DNA of 64,000 nucleotides from Selaginella moellendorffii (Eukaryota; Plantae; Lycopodiophyta), in the NCBI RefSeq assembly GCF_000143415.4, contig NW_003314355.1, positions 329,410-393,409 of the forward strand. The letters run 5' to 3'. A program made the translations under genes and the position numbers. The notes beneath the pieces are model-generated. The model did no database searches. It saw nothing but the letters and a program-made list of their open reading frames with translations, and had not been told where the DNA came from. Below are positions 1 to 13,900 of the stretch, piece after piece. Positions within the stretch are counted from its first letter, which is position 1; every line of letters begins with the position of its first letter.

Positions 1-355
1 ATTTTGTTACTTGTGCTTGAAACACTGCTGCTGCTTTCTTTTTCCTGTTCCGTATTTCTTTCTCTGTTGCTTGCTATGGCAGTGAGCACCTACACGCACA
101 GCTGGAGGTAACATTTTCTTTTCTCTTTCCAGTGTAAAACTCTTCTCTTTCTTCCAGCTACGACAACAGTGCCAGGAGGAGGTTGCTCCAGCAGAAACCG
201 AGGCTGCAGCTAGCGTCTCGTCAGACGTGCCTTGAACCAGTCTCCAAGAATCCAAGATTACGGAGGAGCAAAGGCAAAATTCTATCACCTGACGAAAGAT
301 AGAGATTGGTTTCGTGTCAATGGCATTAGAAAACGAAGAAAGTTGACACTACCAT
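1..355 (-). CDS. 5' end of an unidentified spliced gene (runs off the window)
   Basis: ATG at 355-353 is followed directly by a GT donor. A TTTCGTCAG acceptor near 290 opens the ORF VIEFCLCSSVILDSW. No recognisable domain. Confidence 0.35.
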
Positions 356-380
356 GCCTTTGAGAATAACTGTAATCTAT

Positions 381-3271
381 TCATTTATTGCTGCGCTTCT
401 TGGAAGGTTTGGTAGCCTCTTCTTCCTCTTCGGCCTTTTGGTCGGCTTCAAGTCTTGCGAGCTGCAAAGTAAACAATGTTTGTTGTGAGAATTCTTCTCG
501 AGACACCACTTTACCTCGTCCAGGACGGGTTTAAGTTCTCTGTAGCGTGTCTCCGCCAAGTCAAATCCATCCTTCCTAAGCTCCTGATAGATGCAAAGAG
601 CATGAAGAACGAGCGAAAGAAAACCTGCGTCATCACCTTTCCAGTGTGTTGGGTGTGGTCGTAAGCAGCCATTTGCCAATACATGATCGTCCGGGAGAAA
701 AAATCTCTCAGCGTTTCCCCAGGCTGGAAGACAAATCAATAACAAAACGAGAAGATGGACTACTATCATCACTCACCAAGGGTGTTCGTTGGGAATCAGC
801 TAGGCCCAGCTCGGACCGCATTTGATCGATCTTTAATTTCCGTGCCTTTCGTGTCAGTCTTTTGCCTTCGCCCCTCAGAATAGCAGCTGCCTCTTCAACT
901 CGTTGCGATGACTCCGCTGCATCCTGGAATACAAGAGTAAACATACAAGTTTTGCTATATATTTCTCTTTTACTACCTCGCCATCATCCTCCTCGTCATC
1001 TGTTCCATTACTAATCGATCCAGCATCACTGTTGTCATCATCACTTTCACCTTCCTCGTCACTAACTTCAATCCATTCACTTTGTGTTTCCTGCTTGGGA
1101 CATTAGTAAAAAGCTGCTGGATAGCTCGATCACGAAAGCACTGACCTCAATAATGCACTTCCACGCATCGAGTTTATTCAGGTCCAGCGAGAAAAGGTCG
1201 TCGAGTGTCACTTCTTTCTCCCCGACTTCTTTCATACCTCCATACAGAAACAAAGTATCCTTTCCAACAACCATTCCAGCATGGATTCTACCGCAAGGCT
1301 TAACAACCTTCACATCAAACGCTCAACGTTATATACTTGTGGCGGAAATGAAACGCAAACAAGACCTGGAACTCAGTCGTGGGTTCGTCTTCCAAGGTTG
1401 TAGCTTCCATTTGACTCTCAACGCCTTCTCCTTCTACAGACGTATTATCCACATTTGGATTGACCACTTTCTTCTGCTTTGGATGCATACTTAACGACTA
1501 AACAATCTCGGATTGACGTACCTTATTCTTGAGGCTCTTTGGCTTGCGAAGCTCCAAAGGATACCTGCGAAGATGTTCAGATAAGTTTTTGACAACAAAC
1601 GAGAGACAAACCATCTGCGATTGTCCATCTGAAAAGCATACATCTCGTTCATAAAAACGCTGTGCAGCGAATCACCTGCAAAAGACATAAGTTTTTCTGT
1701 TAACCAAGGCATGGATCCTAACCTTTATCGTCAGTATCAACTACACCACCAAACAAGATGGCTCGTTTCTTGTGGACACACATAGAAAATCCTGCTCTTG
1801 GCCCAGGAGCCATACCAGATTTTTTCACCTTCACAAAACACAGCAAAACATTAAAAAATCCACCAAAACGAGAATGTAAATATAGCAAACCTTGTCCCAC
1901 TCCCAATTCCGTGGATCTAACGTCCACATATCTGCGAGCACTACACCTTTGTCGGATTGATCTTTGTCAGGGGCAGGCTCTTTGAAATAGCCACCGTACA
2001 AGAAAATCTGGAAAAGAAAAAATGTTCATAACACGCAAAAATATGCTTTTTAGGAGACAAATACCTCATCTAAATAAACAGCAAACTGAAAACCACTTCT
2101 AGCCGAAGGCCAGGCAGCTCCAAGCTTGGGTTTTATCTCTTGCCACTGCAGAAGAAAAGCTATTAGAAAAGGAAGGAAGGAAGGAAGGAAGGTCACGAAA
2201 ACCAACCTTGTAGTCGTCTAAATCCAGCACGTAAAGATCATTGAAGTACCTGTGCCGAACATTAAAAACTAAACATCTACATTGCTGAAACCACGAACCT
2301 TACTTCCCGCAGCGTGTCATAAAATCCACCAAATAGAATAAGTTTATGTTTGTAGAGAACCTGTGCCAAGAAAGAGAGATTACACGGTCTGTTAGAAGCG
2401 CAATCCTCACCAATCTATGTCCGGAACGAGCACCTGGGGAGCCTTTTAGTTGAAGCTGCTCCCACACATTTGTGTTTAGGTCCAGTCTCCATAAATCCTA
2501 CAAGAGATCTCTTGTCGAGAAACGAAGAAAAAAGCAGATAGAAGCCCACCTTATAGTGATGAAATCTCTCCTGATTTGGAGACGTGAATTCACCACCTAC
2601 ACTACAGGTGTCAAGCAAAGCTGTGGAAGATACATACTCTCTTGACATACCAAAAATGAAGAGCCAATTTTTCCATGCAACCGCCTGGTGAGCACTTCTC
2701 GGGGGAGGACTGTTTGGACTGGTGACAAGCTTCCACTCGTTCTTCTCGATATTGTATCGATAGAGATTACCATAAACGTAAGTCTAGCATAGCAAGCACG
2801 AAGATCAAATCACCGTAGCGAAAGAAAAGGAGAAGAGGGAATCATAAACCTTGTCACCGTTATAGAATTCACCTCCATACACGATCAGCTCAGTGTCCTT
2901 GACGGGGTTTACAGTCACCTGAAACGCAAAGAAAAGAATTCTCAAAGAATGTGAGCTTCCAGGGTGGAGATTTTGATCAAACTCTTACGCACAGAGCAAT
3001 TGGATCGTGGTGAAGGCGCTGCTACATTCTCATCGACGTGAACGTCGCTCTTCTTTGCTTCCTCCTTCTGGATTTTAGCCTAACAAAATGAAAACGAATG
3101 AGAACAAATAGCTTGTCGAGAATGCCCTTTGCTTACCAGGATCGCATCAATGTCATCCTCATCCGAAACCTTCTTGTCGTCGCGACGAGCACGCTTCTCT
3201 GCCGCCTTAGCCGTCTTGCGCTCGGTCTTCTCCTTCCCCTTTCCCGGCTTCTTCTCTTTCTTCTTCCCCAT
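381..3271 (-). CDS. Kelch-repeat protein with C-terminal DUF4110 (KLHDC4-like), multi-exon
   Basis: N-terminus MGKKKEKKPGKGKEKTERK; kelch motifs PGPRAGFSM..ILFGG and PCGRIHAGM..LYGG; C-terminus ELRKDGFDLAETRYRELKPVLDE / LARLEADQKAEEEE..KKRSNK* with TGA at 383-381. Confidence 0.9.
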
Positions 3272-3285
3272 TTCTTTGGGGAAGA

Positions 3286-3299
3286 ACCCTAAACCCTAG
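3286..3299. promoter_or_regulatory. Telo-box (AAACCCTA) motifs upstream of the kelch gene
   Basis: AACCCTAAACCCTAG about 15 nt before the ATG. Similar motifs precede CBP20 (~10848), KDM5 (~18500), the P-class PPR (~21608) and CCT5 (~44508). Confidence 0.6.
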
Positions 3300-5099
3300 A
3301 AATTCAACGATCAAATTCTCGAATTGGACAAAATGGATTTAGTCCTCTCTATGTTTCCTTCTACTTTGCGCAGTGGACTTTACAATTGAGGAGCTTCAAA
3401 CGGTAAGAGTTCACCAGTGTTGTGTAGCTTTCGTGATTCTTCGTCCAATAGTGGCTGTTCTTTCCGTAAAATTTGTGAAAGCGTTACGACTGTTTTGCAG
3501 GAAAACTATGGGAAAGTTTTATCTCCATCGCCCTGGAATCATCGCCATGCAGGGAATGAACAAAACACGTACGTGAGAAAACAATCTCTCGCTTTTCTTT
3601 TTCCATAAATGATTTCTGCTTGAAACAGGTCATGGAAATTCTACGGGTTCACAGGTGGGGGCTCCGATGCCAAGACCACCGCTGCGAGGCAGGCGCTGAG
3701 AGATGGCAAGTCCATGGTTTTGATGGTGGCGGCTACTGCATTCGCGAGATCAGTGGGCGAAGCCGCAGCGCTTGGATCGAACTGGACGCCGACACAAACC
3801 AGGTATCCAGACTCATAACAGACAGTGTCATCACTTTCTGAATGCAGTGCACTTGGTTGCTAGATCGACAGTGACATTTCTCAGTACATGGGGATCTGCG
3901 CTCCTGTTGGGATGAACTTTCGTGAAGGACTTCTTTGTGATTCCTCTGATGTGATTTTGCAACTCTCGGCTTTTTTACATGCTGTGGCATGTGGGGCGGC
4001 ATGTGCTCCCACTGCTGGTGAGCTGACTTTCAGACGTTTACTTTTGCTCTAGCTTCACGCTGCCCCGCGAGTCCAGGGCTGTATTGCTGCTTCCATGGAG
4101 GAGGACCTGTAATTCTGTCAAACAGGTAATTGGCACCATTCAGATGCATCTAGGAATAAGGATTTATACAAGGTTGTGTTGTTGGGGAGAGGAGCTTCTG
4201 GTGATGGCATTGCATCTGACATTGACATTCTCAATGTTACCACAGATCGACATCAGATTCGTCAACTTGGTCGCTTGTAAGTTAGGCATTTCCCAGCCGT
4301 CGGATGCAAAGGGTGGCAGAGGGCATTCGTCAGGGACAAGAAATTCACGAGATTGAGGTGCAGAGGTTTGCAAAGCTACTGATGATGCAGGGAGAGGAAT
4401 GCCAAATCTTGAAAGGGAAGGCTACAATATTCTCGTTTACTGGGAAGGCTACAACATTCTCACACCACCTATGAGCTTGAGTTGGCTTTTGCTGAACTTC
4501 ACTCAGAGCGTTGGGAAGCAAAGACCCTGCTTAGTCAACTCCTTAAACATCTTAACCTTTGGAGATGATGAAACCACATCATGATAAGAGAAAAGGAACC
4601 AAAAGTGTAGCAACGACCATATCTCTTGCAAGCGATTCAATCAGCCGAAACATCCCCAATCCCATATCTGTAACAACAGCATGAACCGGAAAAACCTGCG
4701 AAAAATGAGAAACAAAAACTTTATCTCGTGACGCAAATGTGCCACACCTTCCACTCTGGTGTGAAACCGACGGTGTAGTAAAGAATACACGACCAAATAA
4801 CCGCTTCCAGTACCGAGTAGGGAATTCTTAAAATCAAACTCGGGATAGAAGCGATTATCTCTTTGCTTGTAGAAGATCGTAACCTGTGATGGCCATCTCG
4901 CTGAAACCATTATACATCATATGAAAAAGAGAAAAGAACAAAGTGCTTGCTGTGAACTTCATTATCTGATTTGATTCTGGTTCACAGGAATAACGTGCCT
5001 GTAATTATGGACAGCACAGCTACAGGTTAAATTACAATCAAAAGAACAAAACCTGGCAAGTGCGAAAAATGTACAGAAAGCGATGGCGAGGGTCGCAAA

Positions 5100-6742
5100 T
5101 AATTCCGAGTTCGACACTTCTTAGAAAACGCGGAAGGATGACCTTTGTAAGGAATGGAGAGATGCGTCGTCAAATCTTTACCAACTTGATATTATCAGAA
5201 GGCTTTTAAATTCTGGAACAGAAATGTACTGATATGGTCTCGACTTATTGGCCAATATTGCCTTTGATCCTTCTTGGAAGTCACCTGTAAAGAAAAAGTT
5301 CAGAAAGAAAAAATATCAGATCCGACAGGAGATTTTTTTTTTCACAAATAATAAAACAAATGAGAAAAATTCAAGTCTACCTCTTGAAGGAAATCGGCAA
5401 CTCTTGGCAATTTGAAGCACGCTTCGAAAAAGTTCAATATCTTTTCCCTCGGCCCGAGATAAACAATAATCCGTTGTCAAAGAGATCATAAAGCAATATT
5501 TCGTCAAAGAGGTCATACGTTTCTGGCGAAGGGTGAACAAGTGACATGAGAACTGTGCGTCGAGAAAATGCACAAAGTTTCGGACGAAGTTGACAATGGT
5601 AGAGCTATTGAGCCCGGTTGATATCTCGTCCATAAAGAGTGTCTTCTTGGGACCAACAACCATTTCACCTGTTAAAGAAAGTTGTGTTAGAAGCTTATCT
5701 TGTGACTTTAGTCTACCTGTAGTGACGCGATTTCTTTGACCCCCTGAGACCTCACGAACCATACCAACGTGTCTGCACAAACTTTCGGCCCAAGAACTTT
5801 CATTATGTAACCTGTTGACAGAGTCCAATGGCCTGGAAGCTAGCTATAATGCCTTGAAAACTCGGCAAGAGAAAGAAGAATGCATACCTTCATAAAGGCA
5901 TCGATCTCAGGGTCCGGGTGGATGTCCAGCTCCTTTTCTTTGCGTGACAACTCGCTCAGGATCTCTGGAATTTTAAAAGGTTATGTTTCATAAACAGTCC
6001 AGAGAAATCAAACCAGCTTTGTAGCCCCAGGACGTCCTAACAATAGAGTCATCCCGCACTGGAAACACTCTGTCAGTTTCCAGTTTCTTTAGTCTCCTTA
6101 AATCATGTCACCTCCCAGGTCTGATCACTCCTGTGACCTCCTTGACAATTGTGAAATTTTTTTTCTTGCTTGACAACACTTTGCAAGCAACCAAAATATC
6201 CCTGTGGGAGAAAGCCGCTTCTGTAAAAGACGATACTAGAGAACTTCGCCCACCTCTGCAAAGTTTCTAACAAAGTTGACAAGACTCGGCTCTGGAGCCC
6301 GCGTACACTGACGCACAGATGCTCGAAACGCACTTCCACCTTGGGAAGCTCAATCCCAACTCTGTCATGCCCCAAGCCAAGCGAGCTACCCCGTTTTCAG
6401 TCTGTTTTAAGTAGGAAGAACAAAGCAAGAAAAAAGAGGGAACTCGACCTGTCAATGCGTTCGCTCGAGCAAGCGAAGATTATCCTGATCGGTGCTAGTG
6501 AAAGGCGCGTCGAGGATGCGCTGCCTCTCGAGGCTGCTGAGACACCTGACATCCATGTCGTTGTGCCATCCGGAGGCGAATGTAGAGGAACTTCTACAAT
6601 GCGGATCACAGCTGCATTGTCTTCCACGCCGCCGCCAGAGGATCTCCTCGCAAATGGAGATTCTGCGCCTTCCATACCTGGGAGGACGACCCTCATTGAC
6701 CTCAGTTTCAAAATAATTGAGTATATTCTTATCCAACGGCAC
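5100..6742 (-). pseudogene. Degenerate 5' part of a PDR/ABCG full-size ABC transporter
   Basis: Fragments [41 protein letters not shown] and [24 protein letters not shown], with frameshifts and missing segments. Ends approximate. Confidence 0.8.
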
Positions 6743-6906
6743 TCAGTAAGTCCAAAAATTGCACATCAAACAATCTCTCTCTCCGTTTCTTATCTTTCGG
6801 GAATATTTGATCGTGTAAGAGGTAAACTACACCTCCAAAAGTTTTCCGAATTGATCACGACTACTCCAGCTTTTATGTACACAAACGCGGCTCAAAACGA
6901 GCTCTC

Positions 6907-9267
6907 TCAGTTGCAACACAAAGGCCCGGAGCCTTGCTCCAAGTGTTGCCACAAACAAATCATTTGCCGGGGGTTTTGATAGTGCGCAATCTTATACCCA
7001 TCCTTGCAGTTATCGCTGAGAAAATTGGCGTCGCTGGCGTAGCTTACGTTCTTCTTGCGTACCCGACCATACTCTTCAATCCACGCACCCATTGCAACGT
7101 CCTCCAGCTTAAACAGCTGCAGCCAAACACGTTAGCCACTGGAAGAATTAAGTCTCGGCTACCTTGAGGCGCATCTCCTCGTTCCTCTTCACCACAAACC
7201 GGGCGATATCACGGGAAAAAATGTAGCCTGGACCGTGAGCCCAAGGAGGATACCGAGGAAGAGGCCACTCCTGACAAAGCGAGTGAGCCTCTTGGAAGCA
7301 AACTAGGCAATGAACTCACCTCTTCTGTGATATACCACTTGCTGCGGTAGTCACGGTTGGGTTTCGAGTCCCCTTCGATCAGTCCATACAAAAGAGCCTC
7401 GCTTCGGTTGGTCCGCCTAACGGAAGCGTACACTTCGTCCACCCTCACGAACGTGTCATCGTCAGTCTTCATCACGTACCGCGACTTGACAATCTTCGTC
7501 TGCAACCACGAGAACAAACGGTAAGCAAGGAAAGAAAAGACACTGCTTACTGCATAGATGCAAATGGCTAGCGTTTTCAGCGTGATGAGGTTGTAGTAAT
7601 CGATAAATGGTAACAGCTGAATGTCGCCATAAGCCACGGCCTCCTTCCACAGCTCCACATTCACCTGTTGGTTTTGGTCCTACAATGCCACAAGCTTTAT
7701 CAGGTCGAGTCGAAGGAAATGAAAAGCACAAACACCATACCAGTCCCACAAAGAAGCGCACCGCAATCTTACCAGACCTCACAAGCTCGTACTGCATCCA
7801 GGATCTCCTCACCGCCATCCTTCTCTCAAAGTTGTTCCCGGTGGAAAACACACCAATGAACATATCCAAGGCCTTGCCTTTGGGGGGCAAAGGCGGCGCT
7901 TTCAGGCGGTCCAAGTCTCGGAGCGTGTTTTGATCCTCGGAGGTGGGCAGTCCATTCGCAATCAGCGACGTGAGCAACAAACTCCCCTCCAGCCGGACAC
8001 TGCTCACCATCCACGGCTCCAAGTTCTGAAGAAGCACAGGAGAAAAAACTTGAGCTTGAGCATCAAAGCGAGATGAAAGAGCACCTGCCTGCCTATACTC
8101 GAACGACGTTACGTGCTTCCCGTCCACCGTTACGTGAAATCCATCCCATCCAGCCCACACCGTCGCAGCAAAAGGATGGCCGTCGGCATAAGGAAACCAT
8201 GGTTTCTTGCCGTGCTGCTGAGTTATCCCACCAGGCCACTTCGAGGGAGGCGACGACGAAGCGTTTGCGTTTGCAGGCGAGTCTCGAATGCCCACTTGCG
8301 GGGCACACATCGCGAGACCATCCACTGCCACGAAAAAATACGTTAGAGAGAGGGAGAAGAAATAAACACTTTGCACGATCGAGGTGGTGGTGGTGGTCAA
8401 CCGAGAGTTTTAAGTACCTGTCCGGAGATCTTGCTGCGATGCCGGAGGAGGCGGGCATCGTTCCTCGTCCGCCCAGTCCGTGGCCGCAGTCCAAGTGTTT
8501 TGTACGATCACAGCTCGGGGAGAGAGCTGATCTCCGCCCAACCGGATGTTGTGATGGAGGATAATTGGCGCCTCGGCCCTCTCACCCGGGAAGCTCTGCC
8601 CGACAAGATCAATCCGGAAGTCGCCCATGACGCCGGCGGGCGCTCCGACCAGCGTGATGGATGAGTCCAGCACCAGGCCGCACGGTATGTCCGCCACAAC
8701 GCGGCCCCCCTTGCTCAAGTCCGTGGCGTTGAGCCAGCTGACCGAGTAGGGGCAGTGGCGCTCCTCGCTGCTCGCCTTCCTGGTGGCGGCGGAGGCGGCG
8801 GCGTCCCTCAAAAACTCGAGCAGCTGCTGCCAGGCATTCCACGCGTCCGTCATCTTGGTCCTCGCCTCCGCAAAGAGATCCCGGCGAGCCATCACGGGCT
8901 TGAAGAGCTCCCACAGCGCCACCGGCTGCATGCTGGATGGCGGGATCGACGACACCATAGCCACCAGGAGTTCCGTGGTGTCCACGTCGGTGGTGGCGGC
9001 GGCGGTGTCAGCGGGATCGGGAAGAGGGGCGGGAGCCGGCGCTGGGATGAGCTGCTCGAGCGCCGAGGCGGAGGCGGCGGAGGAGGCGGAGGTGGGCGCC
9101 ATCGCCGCGCGGAGAACTGGCGCTGCCCAAGTCAGTTGCAGGGATCGCAGCGCCGGGCCTTCCACCATGAGCAGCCGGAGCAGCAGAGCTCCACTCACGA
9201 AGCTCACAATCGCTGCTATCGAGATCCCTCGGATTGCTCCCGCAATTCTCACGACACTGCTTTGCAT
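6907..9267 (-). CDS. GT31 beta-1,3-galactosyltransferase with galectin domain (GALT1-like)
   Basis: N-terminal TM segment; galectin part [30 protein letters not shown]; GT31 part [24 protein letters not shown] and [10 protein letters not shown]; ends [12 protein letters not shown]. Confidence 0.92.
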
Positions 9268-9672
9268 CCTCGGATCCTCCTCCCTCCCCGATCTCCTCCC
9301 GCGATGATCCCAAGTCCACTCCTACCCTCCAGTCACAAAAGTCGCGATCTTGGGTCAACAACTTGGCTGCCATGGATCCGCCTCCTCCTCCTCCTCCTCC
9401 TCGCAAATCCTCCCAATTCTTTCACCATCGATCGCCGATCCCCCTGTGCTAACTTCCAAAGCAACCGCCATTGCTTTTCCCTGTCCACCGTGCTCGCTAC
9501 GGCGCGCTGCTAGCCATATCCCTGTTTATCCTGCCTGCCTTTATAGCCTAAACTATAGTCCCTCCTCCTCCTTCCTCCTTAGGTAGCTCCGAGAGACGCT
9601 AATTTGGTTGCTAAAAGAGAGCTTTTAAAAAGTTTAGCTGATAGATCCACATGAATGAACCTGAGTTTCTTA

Positions 9673-10826
9673 TTACACGCCTCCCCCTCGGGTCTCCTCG
9701 TCGTCCGAGTCTCCCTTGTCCCGGAAACGCGGATTCTTTTCCTGTGCATGGACATCGTGTTAGTATATAACGCAAATCGGCTGGCGCGGAAAAACCAAAG
9801 AGTTTTTTTTTTTCTACCCGATTGTCCCTGTGACTGTAGCTCTTGACGCCATCCGCCGGCATTCGCTCGTCGTCCCTCCTCCGCTTGCGATCTGGGCATG
9901 ACAGAGAAACTTAGTGCACCGATGGGAATGTTTGCAAAATGAGGAGCTTACCCCTGTTCCTGACACCACCACCATCTAAGCGAGCACAGGCAATGGAATC
10001 ACCATCATCATTAGCACCCAGTAGAGCTTCACTTGAAAAGCACGAAAACACTCACAAGGATTCTTCACAATCGTTGACGACGTCGTTGCAAGGCCACCCG
10101 CTGAATAGTCGACTAAAGATCTACGACTCTCCAGCTCCTTTTGTACCAGCTTTCCATATCCTCCTCTGCGTGAGCTCGCTAGTTAAGGTCCGCGAATGCA
10201 TGAGAAAAAATAAACGAGCAATGGAAAAGAAAGAAATGGATATCTGGATCATAGTCTGTGCGGTACTCATCCCGGACCTGAAAGGAAGAAAATGTGGAAG
10301 CCACTTAGAGAAGATGGCGTCAATCTCTTTTACCTGGCCGCCACTCCTTCCCCTTCCCCACTGTCGCCCATCCTCGAAACCCCAGTCGAAATCCACACGA
10401 ATCGGCCTGTCGTCGAGAATGGTGCCGCTTATGTACTTGACAGAGTCCTGGGCATCGTCTCGAGTGTAAAATCTGCCAAGAACAAGAAGAAGATTCGTCA
10501 GTCGATCCAAGAAGAAAGAAGCAGCAAGACGGACATGATGAAGCAAAATCCACACGGCGTCTTGTTGTTCTTGTCCAGGCCCATGACGATCCGCTTGATC
10601 TCGCCGCAGCGCGAGAAGAGCTCGTACAGCTGCTCCTCGGTGGTGTAGAAGGAGAGATTTCCCACATAGACCGTGACCGAGGTCTGCAATGCCTCCTCAT
10701 ACTCCACCTGCGTGCCTGCGAATCGCCGATCCTTGTACGCCGATATTTCCTTCTTCTGCGCAGCTCGGGCAATCATCAGCAGCATTTCCATCCATCCAAG
10801 CGCCTTACCTTGAACAGGCTCGCCAT
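9673..10826 (-). CDS. CBP20: Nuclear cap-binding complex small subunit CBP20
   Basis: MASLFK; RRM with [41 protein letters not shown]; [38 protein letters not shown]; C-terminal EKNPRFR..GDSDDE. Confidence 0.96.
10170..10243 (-). other. U12-type (minor spliceosome) AT-AC intron in CBP20
   Basis: On the minus strand: donor ATATCCAT, branch site GACCTTAAC about 12 nt before a terminal AC. Removing it restores YDP-G-RGGYGK. Confidence 0.9.
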
Positions 10827-10966
10827 CGCCCGACCTCGCGAAGCCCAAAAACCCTAAATGAGACAAGGGTTAGACTAAATAACGTTTAGACTTATTTCCA
10901 ATTAGAGCTAATATAATATACAAAAGAATGAATGACAATAGCTTATTAGCTAGAGGAGCTGGCTGG

Positions 10967-13900
10967 CTATCTGGTGAGCATCACAAAACTGTCAAAGCCT
11001 CTGTGTTGGCCGGCGGTCCTTCGACATGGCCTTACTTTGGAGGAGCTATCCAAAACTCCCCCTCCTCCATCGCCCCCTCCCTCGTCATACTCTTCTTCCT
11101 CCAAGATGATCTCTTCCTCCTCTTCCTCCTCCTCCTCCTCCTCTTCTTCCTCCTCCCTGTAATCCATGTCGTCTTCGTGATCCTGGCGAAGACGCTGCCG
11201 CTGCCGCCGACCACTGTTGCCACCGTTGCTGCTACAGCGTTTCGTGCTCGTTGCCACCACCCGGCCACCATCGAGCAGGCGGATGTGCTCTTTGGTCTTG
11301 CCGACTTTCTTGCACGCCGGGCAGAAGAACTCGCCGCTCGGCCCGAGCTCGTCACGCAGGCAAGCATCACAGTCGCCGTCGTTGCTCTCCGGCTCTGGGA
11401 GGTTGATGCAGCTGAAGTGGTACCACTCGCCGCAGCGATCGCACCCGATCATAGCTCGAGCCTCGTCGTAAGGCCTTCGGCAGATGCAATACAGCACGCT
11501 CCTTGCTCGCAATGCCTGAAAAGCATTCATTCATCCCGCTTAGAGAACGAAAGAAATTCCATTCTTCATACCGTTAGCTCCTTCGTCACAGTCACACGCA
11601 GCCCGTCAGCTTTCGAGATGAGCCTCATCACATCCTCCAGGGGTGTAACTCCACCGTCTTCCACCACCTGTATAGCAACTTAATACTTGAAATTCAGTGG
11701 ATGCTTCCACAGCTTACCTGTTTAACGCGATTGGCCCAGGCAGACGCCTCTGCTTCTCGGCTTCTTACGTCGAGCAGCAACCCGTCTTCCGTTGGGACGC
11801 TCATGGCTACTGCCTGCACAGGCTGCGGGTTACAATCTAATTAAGAACCAGTGACTTACTTCTTCTAAAGCCCGGCAAATGGAACGAAAACAAGGCTTTT
11901 CAACGCTGTCCAGCAACTTTTTGGTGCGTATGCGCCAAGCACGCACAGCAACCGCACGCTTCACTTCGGCACTTGCGTCATCGTACACTTGCATCATGCA
12001 TGCTGCCTGCGACACACTTCCATCAGATCTTGAAAAAGTCGACGAGTCAGGCTTACCTTTAAGGCGGACCGAAGGACTTGAAGATCCACCTCTCGTCTGT
12101 CATTGGCTAGCATAGGTGTCACAGTTTTATGTACCCATTCCTGCCACGTAAAGACAGATTCCAAGATACTTTCAACCAAATCCTCCTCTTCCACCCTGTT
12201 ACGTGCAAAAACCGGGTTGTGGTTACTTTCTAGAAGATAAAAACTATACCTGCAATGTAGTGCTTTAGCTGCATTTGCAAGCTCAACTAGCGAAGACAGT
12301 GTAGCCTTTTGTGTTGCACACATCTGAAAGTTGAGAATAAGATTTGGCCAGATCCAATCGGCAGATATACACTACCTTACTGGTCACGTCATCCTTTGAA
12401 AATACTGCCCCAGACGATATAGCTGTACAAAACGGACACACGTATTGCCTTTGATTTTGTGTTATTGTTTGAAACTGTGTAACGCCGACGCAACGCGCGT
12501 GAAACCTGCTCAACCAGTATGATTAGAATTCTAAACTCTTGAAGCAGTGAAAACTTACCTATCCCTACATTTGTCACAACTTAAAGAAGTGTTATCAGAT
12601 TCATCTGCAGCTTCCTGGCATACGCAGGACCCTTTGATCTCTTTGTTGGACAGGCCAACAATCCGAAGAGCGTGATCTGCCGACCTTTTAAGCTGTCAAC
12701 ACACAGACATTGCATTAGTACATCCAAACGCCTATATGCAGAACTTCACCTGAAGAAGACCGTCCCTAAGGTTATTATGTGCCGTGCCTACAACTTCCTC
12801 GCACCGTACTAACCACGCTCCAACTCCTACTATTTCCGTATCTAACAAGTCTACCTCCATACTTTGAATTATACTCGCTTCCCCTGCTTCCTGGAATAAT
12901 CAAGAACCGAAGTGAGTAGAAGGGAACGGTAAATAACTAGAAAAAATGTTTCCTTAATTTCTTTTACCTGGAGGGAAAGCAGCTCTGGCAAGGAAAGAGT
13001 GGAAGTTCCATTAAATACCTTTTGAACTTCCGACTGCCAGGCTCTGATAAACAACAGTTAAGTTTCCGTGAGCTTCACAACTTACAATCAGCGAGATATA
13101 CCTGTGGTCTTCAAGAACTTGTTGAATTTGAGAAACTTCCGAACGAAAATCAATCTTTAATGCCTGCAAATTGCACATGTGAAACATTGTTAATGTAAAT
13201 CCGAATAGCAAACCAACCTTCGACTCCAGAAGCAACTGCTCAATTAGAATGGGAGAGACTTTAGTTTCGAAGTCCTCAATCAACGAAGTTACTTTCGAAT
13301 GCCAGGTCTTGGCACGGTTTTTAGCTCTTTCCAGATACTTAAACACAAAAGAGTCTCGTGTCACCAGAACCATTTTTTTGCCAGTCTCGAGCAGCACTTC
13401 AAGAGCCTACAAAACGAGCAATGTATCATTGTAAAACAGCAAACGTAGTAGTACCTGTATCGAAGGGCAACGCAAAAGCAGCTCCAGAGCTTTTAGAGTC
13501 CACTCTACAGCATCTACCAGATTTCGTACGTCGTCTAACTGTACAAGGACGACATTGTATGGTACACCTTGAGTTGCGATTTCGTGCAAACGGCATAACT
13601 GCATGCGAAGTTCCGCCATGTAGGAGGAGACCCGATCATTCGAGTCTAAGTCAACCGAAGTTCCGTTTCCAGTTAACAGCCCCCTCACGGGGTCCTGCAC
13701 AATGGTTGCTTGATGGCTCCATTCTTCAAGATCTCGAAGGCAAGTTCGAAGGACTTTAAGCTCGGGAAGTAGGATAGGTGAGGAGTCCATCTCAGAGACT
13801 AGCTCCTGGAATAATAAAGAGTAAGTAGATGATAAACATGATAAGAGTATGCATGTACCTTTAGCGTACCGAGTTCGATGAGTTTCACAGTTTTCATAGA

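Noticed and set aside
2170-2192. (GGAA)n microsatellite
   Set aside because: Ordinary short intronic repeat.
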